A stretch of DNA of 64,000 bases from Escherichia coli (GCF_048403405.1 NZ_CP183129.1), one strand, 5' to 3'; positions 1 through 17,586 are shown, numbered from the stretch's first letter. Made by a program: numbers and translations. The notes: a model not told the origin generated them from the sequence alone.

Positions 1-157
1 GAGGTTTTTGCGATATTTAGCTTTTGTCGTTGGAAAATTCGCTATTTTTTTGACTTAAGTTAAACAACATCCCTTATTGCTGGCAGGTTATTAAACTGTT
101 GAGCGAGGGTAAAGGATAGTGTCAAATAGCCATCATACTTCAATGAGAGGCAATGAC

Positions 158-1198
158 ATGAGCGACAACATCCGTGTTGGGTTGATTGGGTATGGTTATG
201 CGAGCAAAACCTTCCATGCGCCCCTGATTGCGGGCACGCCCGGGCTGGAACTGGCGGTAATCTCCAGCAGCGATGAAACAAAAGTAAAAGCCGACTGGCC
301 AACGGTTACGGTTGTCTCTGAGCCGAAGCATCTGTTTAACGATCCCAACATAGACCTGATTGTCATTCCTACACCCAACGATACCCATTTCCCGTTAGCC
401 AAAGCGGCGCTTGAGGCGGGTAAACATGTGGTCGTTGATAAACCCTTTACCGTGACACTGTCACAAGCGCGAGAGCTGGAAGCGCTGGCAAAAAGCCTGG
501 GGCGTGTGCTGTCTGTATTCCATAACCGTCGCTGGGATAGCGATTTCCTGACGCTAAAAGGTTTGCTCGCGGAAGGCGTACTGGGTGAAGTTGCTTACTT
601 TGAGTCTCATTTTGACCGCTTCCGTCCGCAGGTGCGCGATCGTTGGCGTGAACAGGGCGGCCCTGGCAGCGGTATCTGGTACGATTTAGCACCGCATCTT
701 CTTGATCAGGCCATTACGCTATTTGGTTTACCGGTTAGCATGACGGTAGATTTGGCACAGTTACGGCCCGGAGCGCAGTCGACTGATTATTTCCACGCCA
801 TCTTGTCCTATCCGCAGCGGCGAGTCATTTTACACGGCACCATGCTGGCAGCCGCTGAGTCAGCACGTTATATCGTGCATGGATCCCGAGGCAGTTATGT
901 GAAATATGGCCTCGATCCACAGGAAGAACGTCTGAAAAATGGCGAGCGTCTGCCGCAGGAAGACTGGGGCTACGATATGCGTGATGGCGTACTTACCCGC
1001 GTGGAAGGTGAGGAACGTGTCGAAGAAACGCTGTTGACAGTACCAGGGAATTATCCGGCTTACTATGCGGCTATTCGTGATGCGTTAAATGGCGATGGTG
1101 AAAATCCGGTTCCGGCAAGTCAGGCAATCCAGGTAATGGAGTTGATTGAGCTGGGCATCGAATCCGCCAAACATCGCGCGACGCTGTGCCTTGCGTGA
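158..1198 (+). CDS. ydgJ: Gfo/Idh/MocA-family NAD(P)-dependent oxidoreductase YdgJ
   Basis: Supplied ORF 119..1198 contains the recalled 346-aa YdgJ from internal ATG at 158 (MSDNIRVGLIGYGYASK, Rossmann GxGxxG-like N-terminus); GAGAGG RBS upstream of 158. Confidence 0.9.
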   Translation: MSDNIRVGLIGYGYASKTFHAPLIAGTPGLELAVISSSDETKVKADWPTVTVVSEPKHLFNDPNIDLIVIPTPNDTHFPLAKAALEAGKHVVVDKPFTVTLSQARELEALAKSLGRVLSVFHNRRWDSDFLTLKGLLAEGVLGEVAYFESHFDRFRPQVRDRWREQGGPGSGIWYDLAPHLLDQAITLFGLPVSMTVDLAQLRPGAQSTDYFHAILSYPQRRVILHGTMLAAAESARYIVHGSRGSYVKYGLDPQEERLKNGERLPQEDWGYDMRDGVLTRVEGEERVEETLLTVPGNYPAYYAAIRDALNGDGENPVPASQAIQVMELIELGIESAKHRATLCLA

Positions 1199-1233
1199 AA
1201 AGAGGATGGTGCAATTAGCACCATCCATTTTTG

Positions 1234-2235
1234 TTACTTCGCAGCGACTTTTTCTCGCAGTGCGCGTTTTTCCTCTGCGCTGAGGAAAGCCATTTCCAGA
1301 CCATTAATCTGCGCCTGGCGGATTTGCTCGCGGGATAACCCAGCAGCCGGCGCGGCAACGGTATATTCGTGAATGATATCCACTCCCTGTACGCCGGGAT
1401 CGTCAGTGTTAATGCTGGCACGAATGCCATGCTCAAGGAACGTTTTCAGCGGATGTGCCGCCAGCTCTGCCACGGTGCTGGTCTGAATATTGGAGGTCAG
1501 ACAGGATTCAATACCAATTTGCTGCTCGGCGAGAAAATCCATCAGCGCCCGATCTTCAATGGCTTTTACGCCATGTCCAATACGTTCCGCCCCCAGTTCA
1601 CGAATCGCCTGCCAGATGCTTTCCGGCCCGGCAGCTTCGCCTGCATGGACGGTAATATGCCAGCCCGCATCACGCGCGCGGTTGAAGTGAGAAAGGAACA
1701 GACTTCCCGGGAAACCAAGTTCATCACCGGCTAAATCAAGTGCGGTAATCTGGTCACGATGGGCTAAAAAGGCCTCCAGCTCTTGCTGACAGGCAGCTTC
1801 ACCGAAGGTCCGGCTCATAATGCCGATAAGCTTCGCCTGCACACCAAAGGTACGGCAACCTTCACATACGCCATCGATCACCGCTTCGACAACACCCGCT
1901 ACAGGCAGCTGATGAGCCATTGCCATGTAGCCCGGTGAAAAACGCAGCTCGACATAGTGCAGGCCGTTACGGGATGCATCTTCAATGTTTTCAAATGCCA
2001 CGCGGCGACAGGCATCAAGAGAGGCGAGAACTTTAACGCCCCAGTCAAGTTTGGTCAGAAAGCTCACCAGATCGGGTTCGTTGGCAATGACCTGAACGTG
2101 GGGAATCAGTGTTGCCAGGGATTGTGCAGGAAGCGAGATATTATACTGGCGGCCAAGTTCAAGAATGGTCTGGGGACGAATGTTGCCATCAAGGTGGCGA
2201 TGGATATCAGTTAATGGCAGGGTGGTATCAATCAT
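1234..2235 (-). CDS. add: adenosine deaminase
   Basis: 333-aa translation with the HxH metal-binding N-terminus (DIHRHLDG) and full-length match to recalled E. coli Add. Confidence 0.95.
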   Translation of the reverse strand: MIDTTLPLTDIHRHLDGNIRPQTILELGRQYNISLPAQSLATLIPHVQVIANEPDLVSFLTKLDWGVKVLASLDACRRVAFENIEDASRNGLHYVELRFSPGYMAMAHQLPVAGVVEAVIDGVCEGCRTFGVQAKLIGIMSRTFGEAACQQELEAFLAHRDQITALDLAGDELGFPGSLFLSHFNRARDAGWHITVHAGEAAGPESIWQAIRELGAERIGHGVKAIEDRALMDFLAEQQIGIESCLTSNIQTSTVAELAAHPLKTFLEHGIRASINTDDPGVQGVDIIHEYTVAAPAAGLSREQIRQAQINGLEMAFLSAEEKRALREKVAAK

Positions 2236-2338
2236 GGTCGCACTCTTTTTCTGGATATAAAAGTGCGCACCATTATAAAAACAAAGCAGGGTAAAAATCC
2301 ACGATTGCGCAACGATTTTTTACGTTGCGCAATTGGGG

Positions 2339-3511
2339 TTAGCGAACAGCGCGGATGGCGTTAATTAATCCAGCCACACCTTTTTCCAGTTTCGAACGCG
2401 GGCACCCGGCATTGAGACGGACAAAACCACGACCTTCTTCACCGTAGGTATACCCCGGCATGATCGCGACCTTCTCTTGCTCGATAAGCGCTTTTTGCAA
2501 CGCGTTGTCGTCAATATTCAACGGACGTAGATCAATCCAGGCCAGATAAGTGGATTGCGGGATCTGCCAGTTGAGTTCAGGGAACGCGGCGTTCATTTTA
2601 TCTGCGATATACGTCAGGTTATCTTTCAGATAGACGCGTAAGGCATCCAGCCACGGCGCGCCTTGCTGATAGGCGGCGATATGGGCAGTTAACGCCAGTA
2701 CTGAAGGGGAAGAAAGGCCATCACGTCCTTTCAGTGCCGATAAATAGGCATCACGGCTGCTGCTATTTTCTATAATCCCGTAAGCACCGGTCAGGGCGGG
2801 AATATTGAAACTTTTCGATCCCGACGTTAGCAATGCCCAGTCTCCGCGCGCCACATTACTCCAGGGAATATGCGGCTGCTCGCCCCAAACCATATCCATA
2901 TGGATTTCATCGGAAATAACCCGCACACCATGACGCTCGCACAGGTCAGCCATGATCTCCAGCTCATCGCACGTCCACACTTTCCCGGTAGGATTCTGTG
3001 GGCTACACAGGAGCATAATTTTACATTCTGGTTTCGCCAACACGGCTTCCAGCTTGCCCATATCGCAAAACCAGCCGTCAGCCTGCTTCTCTAAAGCAAC
3101 GGGCATTACTGTGCGCTGGTTACCTTCAATGGCCTTGTAAAATGCGTCATAGGCGGGTGTGTGGATCACCACGCCTTCACCTGTTTCAGACCACTGACGA
3201 ATCAGTTCTGAAACCATATAGATAACAGAAGGGCCATACACCACCGATTGCGTATCAATTGCGGTGTAATGCTGGGTGGAAAACCAGTGGGCAATAGCCG
3301 CGAGAAACTCATCGTTTTTCCAGCGGCTGTAGCCAAACACGCCGTGCATCAGGCGCTGATTCAGCGCCTCGATAATGCAGGGGGCAGTGGCAAAATCCAT
3401 GTCTGAAATCGTGAACGGTAACAGGTCAGCAGTGCCGAAACGGTCAGCGACATAATCCCACTGCGTACACCATGTGCCATGACGATCCACGACCTTTGAA
3501 AAATCGAACAT
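2339..3511 (-). CDS. malY: PLP-dependent cystathionine beta-lyase / maltose regulon modulator MalY
   Basis: 390-aa translation recognised as MalY (aminotransferase class I/II fold); immediately downstream of malX as in the malXY operon. Confidence 0.95.
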   Translation of the reverse strand: MFDFSKVVDRHGTWCTQWDYVADRFGTADLLPFTISDMDFATAPCIIEALNQRLMHGVFGYSRWKNDEFLAAIAHWFSTQHYTAIDTQSVVYGPSVIYMVSELIRQWSETGEGVVIHTPAYDAFYKAIEGNQRTVMPVALEKQADGWFCDMGKLEAVLAKPECKIMLLCSPQNPTGKVWTCDELEIMADLCERHGVRVISDEIHMDMVWGEQPHIPWSNVARGDWALLTSGSKSFNIPALTGAYGIIENSSSRDAYLSALKGRDGLSSPSVLALTAHIAAYQQGAPWLDALRVYLKDNLTYIADKMNAAFPELNWQIPQSTYLAWIDLRPLNIDDNALQKALIEQEKVAIMPGYTYGEEGRGFVRLNAGCPRSKLEKGVAGLINAIRAVR

Positions 3512-3520
3512 ATCTTATCC

Positions 3521-6316
<2,796 letters not shown>

Positions 6317-6427
6317 CCCTCTCTTTATCTGCTATACCTGGTAGTGTCCTTTCCTCAAGGTTAATGATAAAAAATGTGGCACACAGGCGGTGCCTTTTAT
6401 TTTTACTGAAGTTCACAGGAGGTTTAT

Positions 6428-7195
6428 GTGTTTAATTCTGACAACCTGAGACTCGACGGAAAATGTGCCATCATCACAGGTGCCGGTGCAGGTATTGGTA
6501 AAGAAATTGCCATTACATTCGCGACAGCTGGCGCATCTGTGGTGGTCAGTGATATTAACGCCGATGCAGCTAATCATGTTGTAGATGAAATTCAACAACT
6601 GGGTGGTCAGGCATTTGCCTGGCGCTGCGATATTACTTCCGAACAGGAACTCTCTGCACTGGCAGACTTTGCCGTCAGTAAGCTGGGTAAAGTTGATATC
6701 CTGGTTAACAACGCCGGTGGCGGTGGGCCTAAACCGTTTGATATGCCAATGGCAGATTTTCGCCGCGCTTATGAACTGAATGTATTTTCTTTTTTCCATC
6801 TGTCACAACTTGTTGCGCCAGAAATGGAAAAAAATGGCGGTGGCGTTATTCTGACCATTACTTCTATGGCGGCAGAAAATAAAAATATAAACATGACCTC
6901 CTATGCATCATCTAAAGCTGCGGCCAGTCATCTGGTCAGAAACATGGCGTTTGACCTGGGTGAAAAAAATATTCGGGTGAATGGCATTGCGCCGGGGGCA
7001 ATATTAACCGATGCCCTGAAATCCGTTATTACACCTGAAATTGAACAAAAAATGTTACAGCACACACCGATTAGACGTCTGGGCCAACCGCAAGATATTG
7101 CTAACGCGGCGCTGTTCCTTTGCTCGCCTGCAGCCAGCTGGGTAAGCGGACAAATTCTCACCGTCTCCGGTGGTGGGGTACAGGAGCTCAATTAA
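6428..7195 (+). CDS. hdhA: 7-alpha-hydroxysteroid dehydrogenase (SDR family)
   Basis: 255-aa SDR with TGAGAGIG cofactor motif and YxxxK active site (YASSKAA); GTG start at 6428 read in sequence (the adjacent ATG at 6426 is out of frame). Confidence 0.95.
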   Translation: MFNSDNLRLDGKCAIITGAGAGIGKEIAITFATAGASVVVSDINADAANHVVDEIQQLGGQAFAWRCDITSEQELSALADFAVSKLGKVDILVNNAGGGGPKPFDMPMADFRRAYELNVFSFFHLSQLVAPEMEKNGGGVILTITSMAAENKNINMTSYASSKAAASHLVRNMAFDLGEKNIRVNGIAPGAILTDALKSVITPEIEQKMLQHTPIRRLGQPQDIANAALFLCSPAASWVSGQILTVSGGGVQELN

Positions 7196-7207
7196 TACAC
7201 TAACGGA

Positions 7208-7238
7208 CCGGTAAACAACCGTGCGTGTTGTTTACCGG
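7208..7238 (+). terminator. inverted repeat downstream of hdhA (putative terminator or REP-like element)
   Basis: Palindrome ccggtaaacaacc-gtgcg-tgttgtttaccgg seen directly after the hdhA stop; no clear T-tract follows, so the assignment is tentative. Confidence 0.35.
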
Positions 7239-7415
7239 GATAAACTCATCAACGTCTCAGCTAAATAACTGGCAGCCAAATCACGGCTATTGGTTAACCA
7301 ATTTCCGAGTGAAAAGTATACGAATAGAGTGTGCCTTCGCACTATTCAACAGCAATGATAGGCGCTCACCTGACAACGCGGTAAACTAGTTATTCACGCT
7401 AACTATAATGGTTTA

Positions 7416-8006
7416 ATGATGGATAACATGCAGACTGAAGCACAACCGACACGGACCTGGATCCTCAATGCTGCCAGAGAGATTTTTTCAGAAAATGGAT
7501 TTCACAGTGCCTCGATGAAAGCCATCTGTAAATCTTGCGCCATTAGTCCCGGGACGCTCTATCACCATTTCATCTCCAAAGAAGCCCTGATTCAGGCGAT
7601 TATCTTACAGGACCAGGAGAGGGCGCTGGCCCGTTTCCGGGAACCGATTGAAGGGATTCATTTCGTTGACTATATGGTCAAGTCTATTGTCTCTCTCACC
7701 CATGAAGCCTTTGGACAACGGGCGCTGGTGGTCGAAATTATGGCGGAAGGGATGCGTAACCCACAGGTCGCCGCCATGCTTAAAAATAAGCATATGACGA
7801 TCACGGAATTTGTTGCCCAGCGGATGCGTGATGCCCAGCAAAAAGGCGAGATAAGCCCAGACATCAACACGGCAATGACTTCACGTTTACTGCTGGATCT
7901 GACCTACGGTGTACTGGCCGATATCGAAGCGGAAGATCTGGCGCGTGAAGCGTCGTTTGCTCAGGGATTACGCGCGATGATTGGCGGTATCTTAACCGCA
8001 TCCTGA
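7416..8006 (+). CDS. uidR: TetR-family repressor of the uid operon
   Basis: 196-aa translation with TetR-type N-terminal HTH; directly upstream of uidA. Confidence 0.95.
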   Translation: MMDNMQTEAQPTRTWILNAAREIFSENGFHSASMKAICKSCAISPGTLYHHFISKEALIQAIILQDQERALARFREPIEGIHFVDYMVKSIVSLTHEAFGQRALVVEIMAEGMRNPQVAAMLKNKHMTITEFVAQRMRDAQQKGEISPDINTAMTSRLLLDLTYGVLADIEAEDLAREASFAQGLRAMIGGILTAS

Positions 8007-8345
8007 TCCTCTCTCTCTTTCCGCGGGCTGGTGACAACTGAGCCCGCGTTTCATATCGTAATTTCTCTGTGCAAAAATTATCCTTCCCGGGTTCGGAGAA
8101 TTCCCCCCAAAATATTCACTGTAGCCATATGTCATGAGAGTTTATCGTTCCCAATATGCTCGAACGAACGTTCGATTGCTTATTTTGTGTCTTATGTCAA
8201 CGCTGTTTTAAAGATTAATGCGATCTATATCACGCTGTGGGTATTGCAGTTTTTGGTTTTTTGATCCCGGTGTCAGTTCTTTTTATTTCCATTTCTCTTC
8301 CATGGGTTTCTCACAGATAACTGTGTGCAACACAGAATTGGTTAA

Positions 8346-11578
<3,233 letters not shown>

Positions 11579-11616
11579 TATTCAATAAAAATAATCAGAA
11601 CATCAAAGGTGCAACT

Positions 11617-12882
11617 ATGAGAAAAATAGTGGCCATGGCCGTTATTTGCCTGACGGCTGCCTCTGGCCTTACCTCTGCTTACGCGGCGCAACTGGCTGAC
11701 GATGAAGCGGGACTACGCATCAGACTGAAAAACGAATTGCGCAGGGCTGATAAGCCCAGTGCTGGCGCGGGAAGAGATATTTACGCATGGGTACAGGGAG
11801 GATTGCTCGATTTCAATAGTGGTTATTATTCCAATATTATTGGCGTTGAAGGCGGAGCGTATTATGTTTATAAATTAGGTGCTCGTGCTGATATGAGTAC
11901 CCGGTGGTATCTTGATGGTGATAAAAGTTTTGGCTTTGCCCTGGGGGCAGTAAAAATAAAACCCAGTGAAAATAGTCTGCTTAAATTAGGTCGCTTCGGG
12001 ACGGATTATAGTTATGGTAGCTTACCTTATCGTATTCCGTTAATGGCTGGCAGTTCGCAACGTACATTACCGACAGTTTCTGAAGGAGCATTAGGTTATT
12101 GGGCTTTAACGCCAAATATTGATCTGTGGGGAATGTGGCGTTCACGAGTATTTTTATGGACCGATTCAACAACCGGTATTCGTGATGAAGGGGTGTATAA
12201 CAGCCAGACGGGAAAATACGATAAACACCGCGCACGTTCTTTTTTAGCCGCCAGTTGGCATGATGATACCAGTCGCTATTCTCTGGGGGCATCGGTACAG
12301 AAAGATGTATCCAATCAGATACAAAGTATTCTCGAGAAAAGCATACCGCTTGACCCGAATTATACGTTGAAAGGGGAGTTGCTCGGCTTTTACGCGCAAC
12401 TCGAAGGTTTAAGTCGTAATACCAGCCAGCCCAATGAAACGGCGTTGGTTAGTGGACAATTGACCTGGAATGCGCCGTGGGGAAGCGTATTTGGCAGTGG
12501 TGGTTATTTGCGCCATGCAATGAATGGTGCCGTGGTGGATACCGACATTGGCTATCCCTTTTCATTAAGTCTTGATCGTAACCGTGAAGGAATGCAGTCC
12601 TGGCAATTGGGTGTCAACTATCGTTTAACGCCGCAATTTACGCTGACATTTGCACCGATTGTGACTCGCGGCTATGAATCCAGTAAACGAGATGTGCGGA
12701 TTGAAGGCGCGGGTATCTTAGGTGGTATGAACTATCGGGTCAGCGAAGGGCCGTTACAAGGGATGAATTTCTTTCTTGCTGCCGATAAAGGACGGGAAAA
12801 ACGCGATGGCAGTGCGCTGGGCGATCGCCTGAATTACTGGGATGTGAAAATGAGTATTCAGTATGACTTTATGCTGAAGTAA
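11617..12882 (+). CDS. uidC: glucuronide outer-membrane channel
   Basis: 421-aa protein with N-terminal signal peptide (MRKIVAMAVICLTAASGLTSAYA) and C-terminal aromatic residue typical of beta-barrels; third gene of uidABC. Confidence 0.95.
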   Translation: MRKIVAMAVICLTAASGLTSAYAAQLADDEAGLRIRLKNELRRADKPSAGAGRDIYAWVQGGLLDFNSGYYSNIIGVEGGAYYVYKLGARADMSTRWYLDGDKSFGFALGAVKIKPSENSLLKLGRFGTDYSYGSLPYRIPLMAGSSQRTLPTVSEGALGYWALTPNIDLWGMWRSRVFLWTDSTTGIRDEGVYNSQTGKYDKHRARSFLAASWHDDTSRYSLGASVQKDVSNQIQSILEKSIPLDPNYTLKGELLGFYAQLEGLSRNTSQPNETALVSGQLTWNAPWGSVFGSGGYLRHAMNGAVVDTDIGYPFSLSLDRNREGMQSWQLGVNYRLTPQFTLTFAPIVTRGYESSKRDVRIEGAGILGGMNYRVSEGPLQGMNFFLAADKGREKRDGSALGDRLNYWDVKMSIQYDFMLK

Positions 12883-12890
12883 CAAATAAC

Positions 12891-12917
12891 GCCGGAGAGA
12901 AAAATCTCCGGCGTTTT
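12891..12917 (+). terminator. intrinsic terminator after uidC (possibly bidirectional with ydgA)
   Basis: GC hairpin gccggagag-aaaaa-tctccggc followed by gtttt, 9 nt after the uidC stop. Confidence 0.7.
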
Positions 12918-12926
12918 GGCTGTGAA

Positions 12927-14435
12927 TTACTGCTGCGGAATAGCGGGTACAGCCGGAACGTTTAATGCCGGCATTGCAAACATCCCAACAAAATCTTCCA
13001 GTGGCATTTTCTGCCCGTTTAACGTGATCTGACCGTTAGCATATTGCAGGCTGGTGGTGATGGTATTGTCCTGCAAGGTGGTCAGGCGGAACATCTGCCC
13101 CATTGCTGACGCACCTTCAACTTGCTGTTTCGCCAGTTTTTTTGCTTGATCTTCCTGATAACCTTCCAGCTTCGCTACCTGAGTCATAAACTCAGTTGCC
13201 ATATCCACCGGAATGGTCAGTTTCGCATCCAGAGATTTAACCGAGCGGTCTACTTCCTGCGCCAGCGTTTGCGGCGCTTCTTTAGTCGTTGCCGGATCTT
13301 TCAGGAACAGCGACAGATTCAGCGCACTTTCACCCTGACTGTTTTTCCAGCTTAGCGGCGCGATAGTAATCACCGGATCGCCTTTCAACATCAGCGGCAG
13401 GGCGCTAAAGAAGGCTTCCGTCACTTTCTCCTGATAAAGTTCGGGATTGTTGGCAATTTCTGGCTGTGCCAGCAGCGCCTGAGTTTGCGCGTTATATTGC
13501 TGGCTAAACTGATGCCAGGCTTCACCATCAATCTGGCCGACTTTTAAAGTCAGCTTGCCGCTGCCCAGATCCTGATTCTGTACCTTCAGGCTGTTTAGCG
13601 AGTAATCCAGTTGGCTATTGATCGTTTTACCGTCATTGACCAGATCCGATTTACCGCTGATCTCCATGCCTTCCAGCAGTGCCAGTTCTTTGCCTTCCAC
13701 TGAAATGGTCATTTTTTCCAGCGACAGTTTTTGATTTCCTACGCGCTCACCAAAACTTGCCAGCGTGCTGGAACCGTCGGTTTTCAGATTATTAAAGGTC
13801 AACTGTACTTTCTGGTTGTATTCGTTAACCGCGTCTATCCGACCACTTTGCGCCTCCCCGGAAAGGGAGATAGCTTTGCCGTCTCTGTCTGCATTTAACT
13901 GGAACTCGCCGCCGCTAAAGGCGACTTTTTCATCCTTTTGCTCGTAATTCAGTGGCTTGAGCGAAATATCGGAACTGGAATCACCTCTGTAACCAATGCG
14001 GGAGTTAATCTCAAAAGGCGTTTCACCTTTTGCCATATCAAACAGTGGCTTGCTAACTTCGTTATTAACCAGCGTGGTTTGAATTGATGCCATCGACGGG
14101 ATCAGGTTCAGTTTTTTTAGCTGGGCAAGGGGGAAGGGACCATGATCAACTGATTCGTTGAAGATGACGCTCTGACCGCTTTTAATCCACGGATTTTCTT
14201 TCCCGGCAATGGGTTTCACCAATAGTTGCAGCTGACTGCTGAATACGCCGCGATGATAGTTTTGATAACTCACTTCCAGGTTGGATTCAGGAGCGGTCAG
14301 TTTGAGTTGCGCGTTCGCCTGCGCGACCATGTCTTCGAGATGGGTTTCAATCTTCTTGCCTGTATACCATGCGCCGCCTGTCCAGACTACGCCTAGCGCA
14401 ACAATGACGCCTACCGCTACCAGCGATTTATTCAT
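12927..14435 (-). CDS. ydgA: DUF945-family exported protein YdgA
   Basis: 502-aa translation with N-terminal signal/anchor segment (MNKSLVAVGVIVALGVVWTGGAWY); position between uidC and manA as in K-12. Confidence 0.9.
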   Translation of the reverse strand: MNKSLVAVGVIVALGVVWTGGAWYTGKKIETHLEDMVAQANAQLKLTAPESNLEVSYQNYHRGVFSSQLQLLVKPIAGKENPWIKSGQSVIFNESVDHGPFPLAQLKKLNLIPSMASIQTTLVNNEVSKPLFDMAKGETPFEINSRIGYRGDSSSDISLKPLNYEQKDEKVAFSGGEFQLNADRDGKAISLSGEAQSGRIDAVNEYNQKVQLTFNNLKTDGSSTLASFGERVGNQKLSLEKMTISVEGKELALLEGMEISGKSDLVNDGKTINSQLDYSLNSLKVQNQDLGSGKLTLKVGQIDGEAWHQFSQQYNAQTQALLAQPEIANNPELYQEKVTEAFFSALPLMLKGDPVITIAPLSWKNSQGESALNLSLFLKDPATTKEAPQTLAQEVDRSVKSLDAKLTIPVDMATEFMTQVAKLEGYQEDQAKKLAKQQVEGASAMGQMFRLTTLQDNTITTSLQYANGQITLNGQKMPLEDFVGMFAMPALNVPAVPAIPQQ

Positions 14436-14535
14436 AATGATTATCCATAAAATGAAATCAGGCGGACTGGCCGCCTGAAGGTGTTATAAGCCTTTAATAA
14501 GCTTAGCAAGAGATGTTAATTTTTTCAGTAAGCTC

Positions 14536-15711
14536 TTACAGCTTGTTGTAAACACGCGCTAAACGGCCGTGGCCTTTGACAGTCACCGGTGATTCGTTGG
14601 CGGCAATAAACGCTGATTCACCCGGTTTAAGCTGTAACTGCTGAGAACCTTTCCACAGCGTTGCATCGCCTTCGACGCAGAACAAAATGGCGGCACTCTG
14701 CTGGCTGATGGTGGTTTCTTTATCACTAAGGTCATGCAGCGAGAAGGCAAAATCATCCACAGGAATCGGGAAGTCCAGTTCTGCACCTTGTTTCACCGGC
14801 TGGGTCAACAACTGGTTAGCCGGTTTGGCTTCGAACTTCACATTGGCAACCAGTTCCGGAATATCAATGTATTTAGGCGTCAGACCCGCACGCAGCACGT
14901 TATCGGAGTTCGCCATCACTTCCAGCGCCACGCCTTGCAGGTAAGCGTGCGGTGTTTCAGCGAACAGGAACATCGCTTCGCCAGGATTCAATTTCACCAC
15001 ATTCAGCAACAGCGGGGAGAACAGACCGCTGTCATCCGGGTAAAATTCAGAAATTAAACGAATTGTTTGCCACGGTTCACCCTGCTGGCTGTCAAGGGCC
15101 GATTTTAAAATCGCCAGCGCGCGGGATTTTTCTTCACCCTGCATATTCAACAGGCTGGCGAACAGTTCGCTTAAACGTTCGGCATCAGGCTGTTGTAAAA
15201 AGTGAGCAATCGCCGGATGTGCACCTGCGACCGGCTGGAGCAGGGAGACAATCTCGGAAAACTCACGAAACGCGTTCATCGCAAGGAAAGGCGTCAGCGC
15301 AAAAACCAGCTCCGGCTTGTGGTTAGGATCTTTATAGTTACGCTCGGCGGCATCCAACGGAATACCTGCGGCATTTTCTTTGGCAAAACCGATTTCAGAA
15401 TTGCGTTTGTTTGGATGAACCTGAATGGAGAGCGGCTGTGCTGCGCATAATACTTTGAACAGGAAAGGCAGTTCGCCAAAGCGTTTGGCAACGGCCTCTC
15501 CGAGCAGAGTCGATTTATCACTCTCAATCACATCACGCAGTGAAACGATATCTCCGGCGGCATTCTGCACTCGTGAACTGCTTTTCGGATGTGCGCCCAT
15601 CCACAGCTCGGCCATCGGCTGGCTGGACGGATTTTCCATACCATAAAGTTCAGTCAACGCCGTTTTGCTGCCCCAGGCATAGTTTTGCACTGAGTTAATG
15701 AGTTTTTGCAT
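14536..15711 (-). CDS. manA: mannose-6-phosphate isomerase
   Basis: Supplied ORF 14536..15789 has a 26-codon extension; recalled 391-aa ManA starts at MQKLINSVQNYAWGSK (cat at 15709..15711). Confidence 0.95.
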   Translation of the reverse strand: MQKLINSVQNYAWGSKTALTELYGMENPSSQPMAELWMGAHPKSSSRVQNAAGDIVSLRDVIESDKSTLLGEAVAKRFGELPFLFKVLCAAQPLSIQVHPNKRNSEIGFAKENAAGIPLDAAERNYKDPNHKPELVFALTPFLAMNAFREFSEIVSLLQPVAGAHPAIAHFLQQPDAERLSELFASLLNMQGEEKSRALAILKSALDSQQGEPWQTIRLISEFYPDDSGLFSPLLLNVVKLNPGEAMFLFAETPHAYLQGVALEVMANSDNVLRAGLTPKYIDIPELVANVKFEAKPANQLLTQPVKQGAELDFPIPVDDFAFSLHDLSDKETTISQQSAAILFCVEGDATLWKGSQQLQLKPGESAFIAANESPVTVKGHGRLARVYNKL

Positions 15712-15909
15712 GATCAATCCCTGTTTTAATGTGGAAATTAATCCCGCTATTAAAGCAAGAATCCTACGGGAAGTAACCTGGAGCCGCAAAAAGTCGTACT
15801 AGTCTCAGTTTTTGTTAAAAAAGTGTGTAGGATATTGTTACTCGCTTTTAACAGGGCAACGGAACACCCGCCCAGAGCATAACCAAACCAGGCAGTAAGT
15901 GAGAGAACA

Positions 15910-17556
15910 ATGTCAAACAAACCCTTTCATTATCAGGCTCCTTTTCCACTCAAAAAAGATGATACTGAGTATTACCTGCTAACCAGCGAACACGTTAGCG
16001 TATCTGAATTTGAAGGGCAGGAGATTTTGAAAGTCGCACCCGAAGCGTTAACTTTGTTGGCGCGTCAGGCGTTTCATGATGCGTCATTTATGCTGCGTCC
16101 GGCTCACCAACAACAGGTGGCCGACATTCTGCGTGACCCGGAAGCCAGCGAAAATGATAAATATGTGGCGCTGCAATTCCTGCGCAACTCCGACATCGCC
16201 GCAAAAGGCGTTCTGCCAACCTGTCAGGATACCGGCACCGCGATTATTGTTGGTAAAAAAGGGCAGCGTGTATGGACCGGTGGCGGTGATGAAGCGGCGC
16301 TGGCACGCGGTGTCTATAACACTTATATCGAAGATAATCTGCGCTACTCGCAAAACGCGCCGCTGGATATGTATAAAGAGGTGAATACCGGCACCAATCT
16401 ACCAGCGCAGATCGATCTTTATGCCGTTGATGGCGACGAGTACAAATTCCTCTGTATCGCCAAAGGTGGCGGTTCGGCAAACAAGACGTATCTCTATCAG
16501 GAAACCAAAGCGTTACTGACGCCGGGGAAACTGAAAAATTACCTGGTTGAGAAGATGCGCACGCTGGGTACGGCGGCCTGTCCTCCGTATCATATTGCGT
16601 TCGTTATTGGTGGAACTTCTGCAGAAACGAACCTTAAAACGGTGAAACTGGCTTCCGCTAAATACTATGATGAACTGCCAACGGAAGGGAATGAGCACGG
16701 ACAGGCGTTCCGCGATGTGGAACTGGAAAAAGAATTGCTGATCGAAGCGCAAAATCTTGGTCTGGGTGCGCAGTTTGGCGGTAAATACTTCGCTCACGAC
16801 ATCCGCGTGATTCGCCTGCCACGTCACGGCGCATCCTGCCCGGTCGGTATGGGCGTCTCCTGTTCTGCTGACCGTAATATCAAAGCAAAGATCAACCGTC
16901 AGGGGATTTGGATCGAAAAACTGGAACATAATCCAGGCAAATATATCCCGGAAGAGCTGCGCAAAGCGGGAGAAGGCGAAGCGGTGCGCGTTGACCTTAA
17001 CCGTCCGATGAAAGAGATCCTCGCACAGTTGTCGCAGTATCCCGTTTCTACACGCTTATCGCTGAATGGCACGATTATCGTTGGTCGTGATATTGCTCAC
17101 GCCAAACTGAAAGAGCGGATGGATAACGGCGAAGGGCTGCCGCAGTATATTAAAGATCATCCGATTTACTACGCGGGTCCGGCCAAAACGCCGGAAGGTT
17201 ATGCCTCCGGTTCTCTTGGCCCAACGACCGCCGGACGGATGGATTCTTATGTCGATCAACTGCAAGCGCAGGGCGGAAGTATGATCATGCTGGCGAAAGG
17301 CAACCGCAGCCAGCAGGTGACGGATGCCTGTAAAAAACACGGCGGTTTCTACCTCGGTAGTATCGGTGGTCCGGCAGCTGTATTGGCGCAGGGAAGTATT
17401 AAGAGCCTGGAATGTGTTGAATATCCGGAACTGGGAATGGAAGCCATCTGGAAAATTGAAGTGGAAGATTTCCCGGCATTTATCCTTGTGGATGATAAAG
17501 GAAATGACTTCTTCCAGCAGATACAACTCACACAGTGCACCCGCTGTGTGAAATAA
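15910..17556 (+). CDS. fumA: class I fumarate hydratase (Fe-S, aerobic)
   Basis: 548-aa translation recognised as FumA. Confidence 0.95.
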   Translation: MSNKPFHYQAPFPLKKDDTEYYLLTSEHVSVSEFEGQEILKVAPEALTLLARQAFHDASFMLRPAHQQQVADILRDPEASENDKYVALQFLRNSDIAAKGVLPTCQDTGTAIIVGKKGQRVWTGGGDEAALARGVYNTYIEDNLRYSQNAPLDMYKEVNTGTNLPAQIDLYAVDGDEYKFLCIAKGGGSANKTYLYQETKALLTPGKLKNYLVEKMRTLGTAACPPYHIAFVIGGTSAETNLKTVKLASAKYYDELPTEGNEHGQAFRDVELEKELLIEAQNLGLGAQFGGKYFAHDIRVIRLPRHGASCPVGMGVSCSADRNIKAKINRQGIWIEKLEHNPGKYIPEELRKAGEGEAVRVDLNRPMKEILAQLSQYPVSTRLSLNGTIIVGRDIAHAKLKERMDNGEGLPQYIKDHPIYYAGPAKTPEGYASGSLGPTTAGRMDSYVDQLQAQGGSMIMLAKGNRSQQVTDACKKHGGFYLGSIGGPAAVLAQGSIKSLECVEYPELGMEAIWKIEVEDFPAFILVDDKGNDFFQQIQLTQCTRCVK

Positions 17557-17561
17557 ACAGA

Positions 17562-17586
17562 GCCGCCCTTCGGGGCGGTTTTTTTA
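17562..17586 (+). terminator. Rho-independent terminator after fumA
   Basis: agccgccc-ttcg-gggcggtt hairpin followed by a run of T residues immediately after the fumA stop. Confidence 0.8.

Noticed and set aside
60-1198. Numerous 60-140-aa ORFs lying inside or antisense to the large conserved genes throughout the core region (for example 140..388, 1369..1734, 8511..9125, 14734..15057, 28060..28539, 40773..41393).
   Set aside because: They overlap confidently identified genes, have no RBS, and their translations are low-complexity or Arg/Cys/His-rich in the way typical of shadow frames.
8031-8264. 77-aa ORF in the uidR-uidA intergenic region.
   Set aside because: It lies in the uidA promoter/operator region, has no RBS, and its translation is hydrophobic and low-complexity; more likely regulatory DNA.
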